Assembly (NCBI GenBank): GCA_032718475.1
Contig: JAUCBJ010008594.1
Span: forward strand, 1-64,000
Reading direction: 5' to 3'
DNA from: Nemertoderma westbladi
Taxonomy: Eukaryota > Animalia > Xenacoelomorpha
Length of the DNA stretch: 64,000 nucleotides
The notes beneath the pieces are model-generated. The model was not told where the DNA came from. It made no database searches and worked only from the letters and a program-made list of their open reading frames with translations. The translations under genes and the position numbers were made by a program. Positions 1 through 12,479 of this stretch are shown piece after piece; within the stretch, counting starts at the first letter, position 1; every line of letters starts with the position of its first letter.

Positions 1-142
1 CACAATGAACCCGGCGTAGCATTCTTGTGAATGTGCCATCCAGAGATTTGGTGTCCTCAGCAGTTAGAGCCCAGCATGGACTCCCGTAGAGGAGTACTGG
101 AACTACTGCTGCTCTAAATAATCGGACCTTAAGTTTCCGATT
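1..142 (-). mobile_element. LINE (RTE-like) reverse transcriptase fragment, near-identical to ~37963-38104
   Basis: Direct sequence match (cacaat-aacccggcgtagcattcttgtga...ccttaagtttccgatt) to the LINE at 37.6-39.9 kb. Confidence 0.85.
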
Positions 143-219
143 TTAGTTACACAAAGCAGTGTGTTGTGTCCTATTGCAGTTGTTACTCACTGTGGATTGC
201 AAAATGTTTTATAGTTGAC

Positions 220-1453
220 CTACAGTAGTTGCATGTATGTAAGGAGCCCTGACTTTTTGTATTTTGATTTGTGCAGCTTCATATTAATGATTTTCAGTAA
301 TTTTGGTGTCATTGGATAGCTAGAAAGTACTAGTTTTTCTGAACAACAAAATTAATCTTAATTTTGAGAAGGAATGTATGCATGTTTTCTAAAAAGGTAC
401 ATATAATATTTATTCCTGAGGATTTCACGTTTTTATTGCCTAATTATTACAATTAATAATTGCAACACGAAAGAGATGTTTCTACAGAAACAGGTTCTGG
501 AATTACCCGTTCGAAATTGTATAGGTGGTGTTGTTGTTAATGTTTTTTTTTATCAATCATGTTTAGTGGTATATAATCAAAAAGTCTTCATAGTTTTGAC
601 CTGTTACAAAAGTGGTTCGCAGAGGCAAACTCTCTTACTTTGCACAATTCCCAGGGGATCGCCGTCCTACAAATAATAGTCAAAAAATCGTTAATTTTAG
701 CTCAGTGAAAACTCTATTTAGAAAACATGGTTCTGGTCGGGTCTCGCTTGACGAAAGTCGGATAAATTAAATCGAGTCTCATTTTATAGATAACCCAGAG
801 ACTTCTCTAAGGCAGGCTGGACTAGGCCTTGGGTTAAGTAAAAGCAACGCACGAGTCATTAAATAACAAATGTAAGCCATAACAAGTTACATATATTACA
901 TAGTTTATGTACAAGTAACGTTCGCAACCCAGTTAACGGTGTGCATTCCATAGCATCATTGTTCCTCAACAAAAAATCACCAGAAAAGGTCTCCTAGCTA
1001 GGTCTCCTGATCTCCCCCTGTATTCTCTTCCTCTGGCAGTATAGGGCTATTTGAAGAATATCGTGTACGCTCACACGTTAACCAGCATTGAACAGCTCAA
1101 ATATGAATTGAAGACGCATTCACTTCACATGCCCTCTCTTCGTTTTTTTGGCTCATAGCTCTATTGAAAGGTCTGCCAAGTTACTCAAAGTCAGACTGTT
1201 TGAGAAGGACATTTTGAGGTCTATTAGAACATTTATTGGTACAGTACAATTACAATGGTTTTTCTTTTTATGTATCAAATTAGTATATTTAAACAATCCA
1301 TGTTGGATGCCATATTTTATATTTTATCACCGTCAATTTACAAAAAATAGTACTTTCTCTAGCTATCCAATGACACCATAATTACTGAAAAATATTAATA
1401 AGAAGCTGAACAAATAAAATTCAAAATTATCAAATTTCGTGGGACACCCTGTA
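220..1453 (+). mobile_element. Decayed Tc1/mariner element with transposase relic
   Basis: Relic ARSPDL...GYLKNIVY...SIEQLK at ~995-1110; right end gggacaccctg|ta at 1441-1453; internal inverted repeat cattggatagctagaaagtact (~310) vs agtactttctctagctatccaatg (~1350). Left boundary uncertain. Confidence 0.6.
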
Positions 1454-2769
1454 ATTCTTAAAACTTCCTTTCTCATAGGTGAAGTTTCATAATCTTTATG
1501 ATGAGATGGAAACGCTCCAGGCTAGAAGCGCATACAAAGTGGCGCTGTTACACTAGTTAACAAGATATATATTACTTCAAGTGAACAATATTGAAAAACG
1601 TAATAAAGACACCAAACCAACTCAACTAGCAACGGTACAGCACATGGGTAACAACAAAAAATAAGGCAATTTAACATACATCGTCTACAGCATCGCATCG
1701 CATGTATAAAAAACAATATACAATTGATAATTAAATCACAAAATCAACTTAAATGTACAATAATAATATAATATAAACAAACTTTAACGTACGTTATATA
1801 TATACAATGTAAATGTGAATTATGTAGGAAGTGTAAATTATGATAAATTAAAATACATGAATTACATTGCACATATTTTCAGTTTACACACATTGCACAG
1901 AAGGAAGTAGCATTTAGAAAACAATATTGTTATTTATTATACTAAAGGTGTTGAATGTGAGCAAATGGGCCCAATGAATGGGAGGAGGACGCTGTGCATC
2001 TGTATGATATAATATAATATCGTACGTCGTATATGTTCACTTTATACTTAAACTACATAAACTTCCCGCGGTAAATTAATTGCTAACCATGGAGTGTTGG
2101 CTCTTTAGCTCAGCAGGTACATAAAATAGTTTACAGCACAACACATTGAAACCGCGATACAATAAAAATAAACGGATTGTGTAAGACCATTGCGGGTTTG
2201 TATCCATAATGTATCTCTATGAAGATTGTAGGTTTAGCTTTGAATAACGCAAACTCGATGCTCCAGGACTACTACAGTACCGATGAACAAGAAAGTCAAC
2301 AAAGTCGACGAAATAGGTGAGGACCTTAACGCGATAAAGCTGAAAGACTTTAATAGTAAATAAAGTTTATTAATTAAGAATTATTCTTGCATGGCTTATA
2401 AGTTATTTAACTTCTGGTACTTTTCATTAGAGTGCAACACAACAGACAGTTAATAATCCCTCCCGCCTACTAAATAAAATTTGACGATACGGATTACTTG
2501 GTAGCAAACAGCCCTATTGTTGTTGCCTATGGTGATCGCAAATATCAACACCGGTAGCATCGAGCACCGAGGATTCTGCAACGAATTTGTACCATTTGGA
2601 ACATTTCGAAGTTGTGCCGGGCCGTTGGTATTGTCTGTACCGAGGATTTAAAATGATTCCATTCCCAAATCGCATATAATAACTGTAAATTAGTAATACA
2701 TGTTCACTGTTACATCTCGACCACAAAATTAGAAACATAAAGGAGGATTGTTGGTTTGGTTCCGTAGTT

Positions 2770-5379
2770 CTAGACGTCCGGGCTGTTCTGTAGGATCGCG
2801 CTCTCTAGATCGGTGGCGAACAGACAACCTCGTTCCGCCAAGCCGTCGAGACCAGCGTGTCTGGGTCCCCCACGCCCCGCCAATGCGTCGAGACCAGCGT
2901 GTCTGGGTCCCCCACGCCCCGCCAATGCGTCGAGACCAGGGTGTCTGGGTCCCCCACGCCCCGCCAATGCGTCGAGACCAGCGTGTCTGGGTCCCCCACG
3001 CCCCGCCAATGCGTCGAGGCCAGTGTGTCTGGGTCCCGGTGGTGCCTGCGAGGCCGACTGCGCTGCACGCTTCTTAGACTCCTTGGGCTGGCCTTTACTG
3101 CTCCCCGGATGCAGCATAGTGAACCGCTGACTCGACTCCTTGGTGGTAACTCGCGATAATCCCTGACCCATCGCCCCGATATTAACCGATTCCTCCACCA
3201 ACCCAGACTGACGACGAACCACCGGGGTATCCCGAACCGGGGTGGGGACCAGACAAACCTCCTCGTGGAAGTAGCTGCACTTACTCCCGTAGGAGCAGCC
3301 GGTACCGCGCGGACACGGAACGCACCGACGAGGAACAGCCGTTCCGTACCGCAGGAACTCGTCCAATGAAGGACCGCGACGCCCCAACGGGTCGTCCGGC
3401 GGCATAAAAAGATCGTCTACGAACACGTACCCGAGAACCCGGGTCTCCGCTATCAGCTTCCACTTGCTGTTCTCGCTCGCCAAGTCCTGGAAATTATCGT
3501 TGGAGACGATAATCCCGTTGAGTTGGTCCGCGAGATTCATTATGTATCGATCGTCGTAGGGATTTATTCGAGTGGATCCAACTCGTCGTGAAGGAGTGAA
3601 CACCATGACTCCCTCCCTCTCGAGTTCGAACAATATGTGCTGTTGTTTTATCCTGTTGAACTGCGAAGGACACTCCTTTCTGGTCTGCGGGAGAACCACC
3701 TTCACTGTGTGGCCTCGTTTATGGAAGTAATCGCAGACGATCTCGATTCCGCGACAGGAGAACAAGTTCTGATTACCATGGGCCATAGCCACGTTGCTAC
3801 CATCGACTATAATACTCTTGAGTTCATATTCAGTGTGCTCGGGGTACTGAGTGCGATAACTACTCGAATAGTCTGGAAGTTGTTTAGAATTGTTAGCAGA
3901 ACGCTTCGAAGGTCTCGGAGACACCGAATAACTATCTCTACTCTTTGTAGTTCTACTAACACTTCGATTGTTACCGTTACTGTATTTGGGTCTGGTTGAA
4001 TCGACTTTAGGGGGCCCGTTATCAGCGTTACCACTCGCTCCTTTATGTTTACGGATTCCATTTGATTCAATTGAATTACCCAACTCCTTCAGAACTTCCG
4101 ATAAATTCACTGTCGGTTTTATCGGATCAGAAACTTTAGTTTTCCCCGAATTATCAGCAAGAGAAAGACGACCGAAACGGAATGGCATCGCAGAGTGTTG
4201 GGGATGCATTGGGCTAGTTTCCGCTGCATTAGAAGCGGCGGTTGGAATGACTGTCACTGCCATATTACCAATGGTTGGAATAGCTGCCACTGCCCCAGTT
4301 GCAGTGGTTGGAGTAGGTGTGATGGACTTTGCAAATAAATTATTTGGCTTTCTGCATTGCCTTCTGGATGGTTTTGTACCGGTACGCGATATTGCAGTAC
4401 TAATACTACTAGACGCGACTACTGCAGTGGCTACTGGCGTCTTATAAACATAATTATCCGTTGTTTCACAACCTTTCAATCCCATAGACTTATCTACAGA
4501 ACCATCCTTCGTTCTAGAACTTAGAGGAGTTTCCATAACATTATTATTTCTAGAACACAGTGTTGGAGTTTTTGCCGACCCATTTAAATGTAACTCTTTG
4601 CCTTCGTTAGGGACACCGACACGAGCAGTGGAACCACTTGGACTGGCACTACCGAATATACAAGCAATGCCTTTAGATTTACGACTAGAAACGGCCTCAA
4701 ATGCAGACGAAACTCCACAAGGCATGGATATATTGCCAGCGGTTGGTGTTCTTATAGAAAAGGGGGTTACTGGTTTGCTTCTCGCCAAACCGCTACCGTT
4801 ATCCTTTAAGGGAGATGGACTTGCTTGCGGATTATATTTATCTTCTGCAACTCTTGTCATAACCTTAGAAGATCCGTTTTCATCGTCAAAAGGTTGTTTT
4901 TGTGGGCAACTTTCAGCATTTGCAGAGATACCGTTAAGGTTTCTTTGAAGAATCTTGTCCTTGATTACAGACACAGCAGCTGTTGCTTTAGTTTCGTTAT
5001 AACTTAGTACAATGAAATCGTTACCAATTCGCTGAACAACACAAGCGGTTATTTTCTCGAATTCCGCAATCTCGTCTAACGTCATTTTGTTACGTGTCTG
5101 CAACACATTTTGAACCGTTAATGAGACTTTAAAATCGCACATTGATAGAACATAATGCTCGCAGTCACGGCAGTTCTCTTTCGAGCCACTCAGACTTACA
5201 CGGAAGGGCTCGGGAGAAGGGTTTCCGTGTTCTTGGGAGTCACATATTTCAACATATACGCTAAATAGTTTTTCTATCTTTTCTTTCCATGTTTTTAACA
5301 TTGTTACACTTGAACGGGGAATTAATAACTGTATAGAAAATGGGAACGGTTGCAACGCCATTGAGTTTATATTAGCCAT
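2770..5379 (-). CDS. Intronless NYN/PIN ribonuclease of the Regnase-1 (ZC3H12)/N4BP1/KHNYN family, with N-terminal KH-like domain and C-terminal CCCH zinc finger
   Basis: 869-aa ORF; IVDGSNVAM, FSCRGI, FTPSRR, YDDRYI, VSNDNF and FMPPDDPLGRRGPSLDEFL motifs; CPRGTGCSYGSKCSYFH finger; N-terminal KIEKLFSV...LSGSKENCRDCEHYVLSMC resembles N4BP1 KH1. Confidence 0.93.
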   Translation of the reverse strand: MANINSMALQPFPFSIQLLIPRSSVTMLKTWKEKIEKLFSVYVEICDSQEHGNPSPEPFRVSLSGSKENCRDCEHYVLSMCDFKVSLTVQNVLQTRNKMTLDEIAEFEKITACVVQRIGNDFIVLSYNETKATAAVSVIKDKILQRNLNGISANAESCPQKQPFDDENGSSKVMTRVAEDKYNPQASPSPLKDNGSGLARSKPVTPFSIRTPTAGNISMPCGVSSAFEAVSSRKSKGIACIFGSASPSGSTARVGVPNEGKELHLNGSAKTPTLCSRNNNVMETPLSSRTKDGSVDKSMGLKGCETTDNYVYKTPVATAVVASSSISTAISRTGTKPSRRQCRKPNNLFAKSITPTPTTATGAVAAIPTIGNMAVTVIPTAASNAAETSPMHPQHSAMPFRFGRLSLADNSGKTKVSDPIKPTVNLSEVLKELGNSIESNGIRKHKGASGNADNGPPKVDSTRPKYSNGNNRSVSRTTKSRDSYSVSPRPSKRSANNSKQLPDYSSSYRTQYPEHTEYELKSIIVDGSNVAMAHGNQNLFSCRGIEIVCDYFHKRGHTVKVVLPQTRKECPSQFNRIKQQHILFELEREGVMVFTPSRRVGSTRINPYDDRYIMNLADQLNGIIVSNDNFQDLASENSKWKLIAETRVLGYVFVDDLFMPPDDPLGRRGPSLDEFLRYGTAVPRRCVPCPRGTGCSYGSKCSYFHEEVCLVPTPVRDTPVVRRQSGLVEESVNIGAMGQGLSRVTTKESSQRFTMLHPGSSKGQPKESKKRAAQSASQAPPGPRHTGLDALAGRGGPRHAGLDALAGRGGPRHPGLDALAGRGGPRHAGLDALAGRGGPRHAGLDGLAERGCLFATDLESAILQNSPDV
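2844..3036 (-). repeat. Coding 42-bp tandem repeat, ~4.5 copies, encoding GPRHAGLDALAGRG
   Basis: Unit gcgtcgagaccagcgtgtctgggtcccccacgccccgccaat repeated in frame within the ribonuclease C-terminus. Confidence 0.95.
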
Positions 5380-6299
5380 AATAATTAACAGATTAACTTC
5401 TACTGTTCTCTGTTCTAGCAGGCGTACCAGTCTGCCAGTAATATTTCAGTATTTGATAAGATGGCCTGTAACAGTGCAGCAGTGTAGGCCTATGCTGATA
5501 CAGTGATATCAGGCAGTCAGGATATGCAATATGGGCTGATGGCAGTCTGGCAGTGGCAGTATGGCATGGCAATAAGCAGATTGAGCCGTAAGGGTATTCT
5601 ATAGGCCATAGCCCATAGGCATACCGGTACCGCTATATCAGTACAGCAGTATATGCAGATATCAGATATAGCAATAGCACTACACGGGTACCACGGTACA
5701 TACTAAAAGGTAGAACCATCTATAACGGGCTATAACGATCTATAACGGGCTATAATAACGATCTATAACGGGCTATAAATTCCTATAAACAAGCTATAAC
5801 CACCTATAACGAGCTATAATATGAAAATTTACATTAAAAAAACGCCCATAGGGTGTGTTGGTTATTTTTTTTTCATTTGTTGGTTATATTCGAGATGTTC
5901 TTAGAGTGCGGTGACGAGTCGGGAGAAACCCGGATCGGAGGAGAACGACAAGCAAACCAGTTATCAGCCTTACGTTGATGCGTGAATAAACCATGGGACA
6001 GGGCTGCTGCAGGACTAGAATATGAATTATTACTATCTGAAAGAATACTACAGCACTGGGGGGGGGGGGGGGGGGAGGGGGGGACTAATAAATATATTTC
6101 AGCCATCGAGTGTTCTTACTGAATTAATTAAATATAACAAACAAAAATTCCCCTCCGATTTCCAAAAATTCGTTAACTGGTCCAACAAATGGAACCCATC
6201 CTACTAATTCCATCCAAATTAAAGTTCAATTTATCGGCTTTTACAATAATATTACAAATATACAAATTACAATTAAAACAACAATGTTGGGACGTCACG

Positions 6300-6460
6300 G
6301 GGAGTTTTCAGTTACATTTTACTATAAGAAATATTCCGGTGTGGAATTCGCTTCCATCAGCAGTTGTGACAGCACCCTCTTTGTGTTGCTTCCGTTCCCG
6401 CCTCAATGATGTCAGTTTGCTGATTCACTGTAAAGGATCCTGGAAAGATTCAATGAATAC
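6300..6460 (+). pseudogene. CR1/L2-type LINE ORF2 3' end fragment
   Basis: FTIRNIPVWNSLPSAVVTAPSLCCFRSRL matches the conserved CR1 ORF2 tail (WNxLP). Confidence 0.7.
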
Positions 6461-6790
6461 AATCCACTTTGACTGTCTTGGGAATGCGTTATGGTTATCA
6501 TGATAACGATAATCATATTATAATATTATTATGATCTTTAAATATATATTTAAAACCTATACATACAGTATGTATAAATAGTATTTTATCTTATTTTATA
6601 TGTAGAGTCCTTTAATAAACCTTTTTACTTACAGTGGTGCCTTGAATGGGCACGGCTGAGTGTTAATATAATATCATGTCTTCTATGTTTTACTTATCTT
6701 GATTGTGCATTTTAATGATATTTAAATTTTAATCTTGTTTTGCTATTATATAACAATTTCAATTTCATTGATCATTCAGTTTCAGCCGCA

Positions 6791-7276
6791 TCGATATCAC
6801 TGAATCCGGAGTCTGTTCCGCCAAGGCTCCGTCGATATCACTGAATCCGGAGTCCGTTCCGCCAAGGATCCGTCGATATCACTGAATCCGGAGTCCGTTC
6901 CGCCAAGGATCCGTCGATATCACTGAATCCGGAGTCCGTTCCGCCAAGGATCCGTCGATATCACTGAATCCGGAGTCCGTTCCACCAAGGATCCGTCGAT
7001 ATCACTGAATCCGGAGTCCGTTCCGCCAAGGATCCGTCGATATCACTGAATCCGGAGTCCGTTCCGCCAAGGATCCGTCGATATCACTGAATCCGGAGTC
7101 CGTTCCGCCAAGGATCCGTCGATATCACTGAATCCGGAGTCCGTTCCGCCAAGGATCCGTCGATATCACTGAATCCGGAGTCCGTTCCGCCAAGGATCCG
7201 TCGATATCACTGAATCCGGAGTCCGTTCCACCAAGGATCCGTCGATATCACTGAATCCGGAGTCCGTTCCGCCAAG
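6791..7276 (+). repeat. 41-bp minisatellite, ~12 near-identical copies, inside the 5703-7546 element
   Basis: Unit tcgatatcactgaatccggagtccgttccgccaaggatccg, no spacers. Confidence 0.97.
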
Positions 7277-7797
7277 TCCTGCTGTCTGACAAGTCAGATA
7301 GTGGAATGCTGACTAATGAAGTAATGACTGATTTCATGATACCAAAAAGATGAAAAGCAGTATGGACTAAAAAAACCAAATTGCTTAATTAAATTACTGA
7401 CTAGGAAAATAAATCCATGCTAAAATATGTTTTTTTATTGTAAATTTTCATATTATAGCTCGTTATAGGTGGTTATAGCTTGTTTATAGAAAATTATAGC
7501 CCGTTATAGATCGTTATAGCCCGTTATAGATGGTTCTACCTTTTAGTACGTACCGGGTACCACACAGCAGCACAGCTACACACTTATGGCAGTAGGCCTA
7601 CTGAAAATACAAATAGGAATGATATGAAATGTAATGACTGAATGAAGTAGGTAAGGTACTGTAGCACGGCAGATTGGCAGATGGCCCAAGCAGCCAAGGC
7701 CGGTGTAGCAGGAGAATTTGCCCCCCAGTCGAATATGCTCCCCGCCCCCCATCTGATATGTGAAAAGATCTTAGGTTCAGGATATTTATAGGCCTAT

Positions 7798-7868
7798 ATC
7801 AGTATATTGCAAGGATGACTAGGCCCCTATACTGTATAGGGGCCTAGTCATCCTTGCAATATACTGAT
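7798..7868. repeat. Perfect 71-bp palindrome (35-bp arms, 1-nt loop)
   Basis: atcagtatattgcaaggatgactaggcccctatac-t-gtataggggcctagtcatccttgcaatatactgat. Confidence 0.95.
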
Positions 7869-7908
7869 TTTAGATTTTATATAGCTGTATAGGCTATACA
7901 GCATACAT

Positions 7909-8144
7909 ACAATATTGCAATGTTCTAGAGTTAATATACGGAAATAATAACCTGAAGCGAATAAAACTGAATAATCACTGATGCCGTTCCAGAAGCAAAT
8001 TAACCTGTATAATTACCGAGGCCGCAGGCCGAGGTTATTATATTAGGTTAATTTGCTGAAGGATAAGGCAGAAGTGATTATTACAGTTTTATTCGCTGAA
8101 GGTTATTATTTCCGTATATTAACTCTAGAACATTGCAATATTGT
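7909..8144. mobile_element. Foldback/palindromic non-autonomous element, possibly Crypton-type
   Basis: ~110-bp imperfect inverted arms (acaatattgcaatgttctagagttaatatacggaaataataacc...) around the centre ccgaggccgcaggccgagg. Confidence 0.7.
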
Positions 8145-10899
8145 GTTTATTGTTAATTAGAGCATATTGAACGAACAACATGACAGCATACTTTGTATTT
8201 TTAAGGATCGTGTTCTAATACAAACACGCATATATTCAATTTTTTTCAAGCATTAGTAGCATTTAAATCGTAGCATTTAAATCCATTTCCTTGAATTAAT
8301 ATCGTTCCAGAGGTCGTGGGATTCTACCCCTGCAGGCGGGCCAGGATAGTTTTCGTTTTGGCACAAATGCTTTAAAGGTACTAACCAAACCAGGGCGCAT
8401 ATATGCTTTGTTAATTAAATGGTCGTTAAATGAGTACCAGTTATCTCTTTGCCTGTAAGCAGTATAGTTCTGTGGGGTCTATACTGGAAATGAGTCGTGA
8501 GACCTTCTTTTCTATTTTTCGCACTTGTTTCAAGGAGCTCTCCTTGTTTTTTTTTTCGTTTCCGCACTCATTGCCTCTAACATAAGGTAAGGACGACCGA
8601 ATCTGTGCGACTACTGTATATTTTTTTCATTATCTATTTAATAAATTGTTGCAGAAATAACGTTATTTTACTTTCTTCAATACTAGACTCTTTTCACTGA
8701 TAAATAAATAAAGATAAGCCAACTTTACTATGTATATTTATAATAATAATACGATTTGTTGGTATTTTTAAAAACACTAGCTACTGTACCATTTTTATGA
8801 ATACAGTAACTACCATTGAAAACACTAGCTACCATAAAAATTACACATGTACCGAGTCGGAAATATGTTCCAGAACATAAATCAACAGCGAAAAGAGCTA
8901 TACAAAGGCAGAACAATGTTGACACGGGATAAACTAGTACCACCCCACCCCCCCCCCCCCCCCCCCCCCCCCCAGTAAAATTTAATGAAATTAATAAGAT
9001 GGCAAACAACGAAAAGATCTTCAGTTTTTTATGCCGTTAATTTGTTTTTATGCGTTTTAATGATGCTCGCATGGCTTTTGGTGAGGTCAATTGGAATACG
9101 TAAGAGTTATAATTCTTACGAATACTGGAGTAGAATTTATAGTGCCAATCTGTCAATCTTATTGAGATGGTCATTTTGCTTAATGTGAAATATATAGCTA
9201 CAGTACATTATCGAAAGAACCCGTAGCAAGTTTGGTATATTGCTGTACCATAGGATAATACATAAAATTATATGAATATACTGCAACATATATTTTCTAG
9301 AATCCCGTATCAGAGCAATTTCTAAGAAAAGAGTACAATTTTAGGAAAAAATGGTATAATACAACAATTCTAGAACATTTTTTTAAAATTATACGATTAT
9401 AATTTTAGCTAGTTTCCGTAGCAATGTGCGAAAATTAACAATAAACAGCTATATAAAATCTAAAATTATTCCAAAGTTGTTCAAATAAATATACATAGAA
9501 GTTGTAAGAGGGCCCTACACAGTCAGCCAGTTGATGTCTTTTGTACAGCCATAGATACTGGCTGGATTCTGTGGTTTTTAAGTGGAAATCCGCATAGCTT
9601 ATCATTAGAATATTAAAATTTAAACGGGCACTCTCAATAACATTTGGGCACGGAAATATTAGTATCATTAGAACCGGCTTCAAATTCTACATCTTGACGT
9701 GCTGACGTGCTTGTACAATAAATTTAGAGCTTGTATGAACTGATGAATATTAAGTAGTATTGCTGTATTGTAAATAATATAATTAAATCCAAAATCAGGC
9801 CAGATGATATTTACCAGCCATATCGCAGTATCCTGTTCATACCTAACCTCTCTGAGATCAATCAGAGCCGGGTATTACAGTATTACGGTCTGGGAAATTA
9901 GCCCAATAGGGCAACTTATTTATTTACCTATAGGGATGTTTTTATTTATTTCCCTATAGGGAAATTATACAATATCTTGGTTTCTATTTATTTTACTTGA
10001 TTTTTATTTATTTTAGACTTTAAATTTCCTGTTTTACTGTTAATAATAAATGAATAATATTAAGTGCTATGATTCAAAATAAATCGGCTAATATTATTGA
10101 ATATGAAACTATCGCATTTAACTGTTTGAAGTACCTGATTTTAGATTCTTAATGTCTTAGGCTATTTCTAAATTCTAAAAGCAGTAGAAGTACATAAAAT
10201 ACTGGTACATACATAAACATATGTAATTTTAATTTTTACTTGTTTCGTTATCGAGTTGATATTTCATTGATAAATAGGCCTAATGTTCTTGTGTCTTGGT
10301 TAGGATTATACATTAGTGTTCTGGAGTTCCCGGAAGAGACACTGGGCGATTTTTCGATTAATTTCCTATTAATTTTAAATGTTTAATATTGGTTATGAAA
10401 TAAATAAATGAAATCATTGTTTTCGTTGTCGTTAGAAAACCTATACCGTTGTTGAAACTGTTCATTTCCATAAATAGAATAACCCATTGGTACACACACT
10501 ACCTAAACTACAAACATTTACTTTTAATCATAGATTGTTTATTTCTATCACAAACATCCTCTCAGCCCCTCCTGCTTTGGTTACAATATTATTCCTTCAT
10601 CCTTTATGGCAATTCCTTTGCACACACTTGGAAGATTAACCAATGTGATGCTCTTTACTTGCTCATAAAAACAGAAACAGAGGTAAAACTTTAATTCATA
10701 AATCGAGGTAAAGTCATCTGCATTTAATGATACCAAAACATGACAGCAATTCCAAATCCGCCCTGCCCCATGGTACTTACTGAGGGTTTACCAGTAATAA
10801 TGATGTAATACTAGTAGTGTACGGTATTTCAAAATTAGAAATTTTTCTTTCCAAAATCAAAATTAAAAAATTAGAAATTTTTCCTTTCCAACAAGGCAA

Positions 10900-11020
10900 T
10901 ATGTGCTTGCTGAAACGGGCAAGGTAATAAATATGTACTTGCCAATACGGGCAAGGTAGATATTTGTACTTGCCAATACGGGCAAGGTAGATATATGTAC
11001 TTGCCAAAAGGGCCAAGGTA
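10900..11020 (+). repeat. ~31-bp minisatellite, 3-4 copies
   Basis: gggcaaggtagatatatgtacttgccaatac repeated. Confidence 0.85.
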
Positions 11021-11312
11021 TAGTGGTATACATACATATACAGTACTGAGACATGAGATACGCAACATAAATTTGGCATCGTCTGACCATAGATACAGTA
11101 TGTCGCATATGTACATTATTTCCAGATTACCACTGAAATAAAACGTGCAAAATAAAGTAACTAGAAAAGATAGAACAACAATTAAACATAAAAAAAACGC
11201 TATTTGAAAATTTAACACAATAAAATGTTTTTTGGGATTTGAAAAATGAAACTAATACAGGTGTAATAGGTACTGTATAGCTAAATCACGTACACTACTG
11301 TACTGTACACGA

Positions 11313-12290
11313 GATTACCTGTGGTGTACCGCAAGGTAGTATATTAGGTCATCTCCTTTTTGTATGCTATGTAAATGATATGATAAGTAGTATAGATCCC
11401 GATTTTAAACTCATTTTATATGCCGACGACAGTGCTCTTATTTTCTCTCATAAAGATCCTATCCATATTTCCCAAAAGTTAAGTGCAGTTCTAGAATCCT
11501 GTAATGAGTGGTTGGTTGATAATAAGCCATCCATTCACTACGGTAAGACTGAAAGTATTTTGTTTGGTTCCAAAAGAAAGTTAAAGAAGGTAACTAAGTT
11601 TGAAGTCACTAGTAATGGACATAAGATTGAAAATAAAAAGGAAGTTAAATATTTAGGCGCCACATTGGATAACTGCTTATCAGGAGAAAGTACAGTGAAA
11701 AATATTTTCTCGAAAGTTATCAGTAGGCTTAGGTTTCTATACAGAAATAAAAATAGTTTGAACACCGACTCCCGCAAGTTACTTTGGTCTTCTTTAATAC
11801 AGTGTCACATGGACTATGCGTGCTCTTCTTGGTATGAAGGCTTAACCAAACAGCTTAAATGTAAATTACAAGTAGCTCAGAATAAAGTAGTACGATTTAT
11901 TAAAGACTGCAAACCTAGGCATCACCTAACTCCAGATGACTTTTCTGAATCTGGACCACTTAACTTAGATAGTAGAGTTAAGCAGCTACGCCTTAACCAT
12001 GTGCATAAAGTGTATTATGGTAAATGTCCTAATTACCTAAAACAAAAATTCAACAGAGTACGCGATATACACTCTTGCAGTACCAGAGCTTGTGCTACAA
12101 ACTTCTACCTCCCGAATTATAAATCCTTTGAATCTGATACTTTCTTTTTTAACGTCATTAAAAATTGGAACGCTCTGCCTAATTAAATTAAAAACCTAGA
12201 TAATCAACATTCTTTTAAATCTGCAGTTAAATCTCACCTCCGTGTGCAATGTAAAAATAGGTACAATAGTCCCACAGTAAGTTATTAGTT
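11313..12290 (+). mobile_element. 5'-truncated L2/CR1-clade LINE (RT 3' half)
   Basis: CGVPQGSILG, YADD, KYLG and WNALP motifs; ORF 11380-12186. Confidence 0.9.
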
Positions 12291-12479
12291 TATTAATTAT
12301 TTACTATTTATACTGTAATTACGTTAAATATTAAATTGTTCTGTACATTAAATCTTTATCGTTGAGTCGGGCATTGTCACGCTCTCGGTAAAGTTGTACA
12401 TGTACATAGTGTAATTACGTTTTATATTGGTTTTAGGTTAGCGTAGTGTAATATTGTATTTGTAACCAAGTAACATAAA

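Larger units (their letters stand above)
5703..7546. mobile_element. Non-autonomous DNA transposon with ~100-130 bp TIRs built from ctataacggg subrepeats, TA flanks
   Basis: ta|ctaaaaggtagaaccatctataacgggc ... gcccgttatagatggttctaccttttag|ta. Confidence 0.85.

Noticed and set aside
6791-7276. CRISPR-like array
   Set aside because: Contiguous identical units with no unique spacers, no cas genes, eukaryotic context; the same applies to the 21/26-bp and 68-bp arrays
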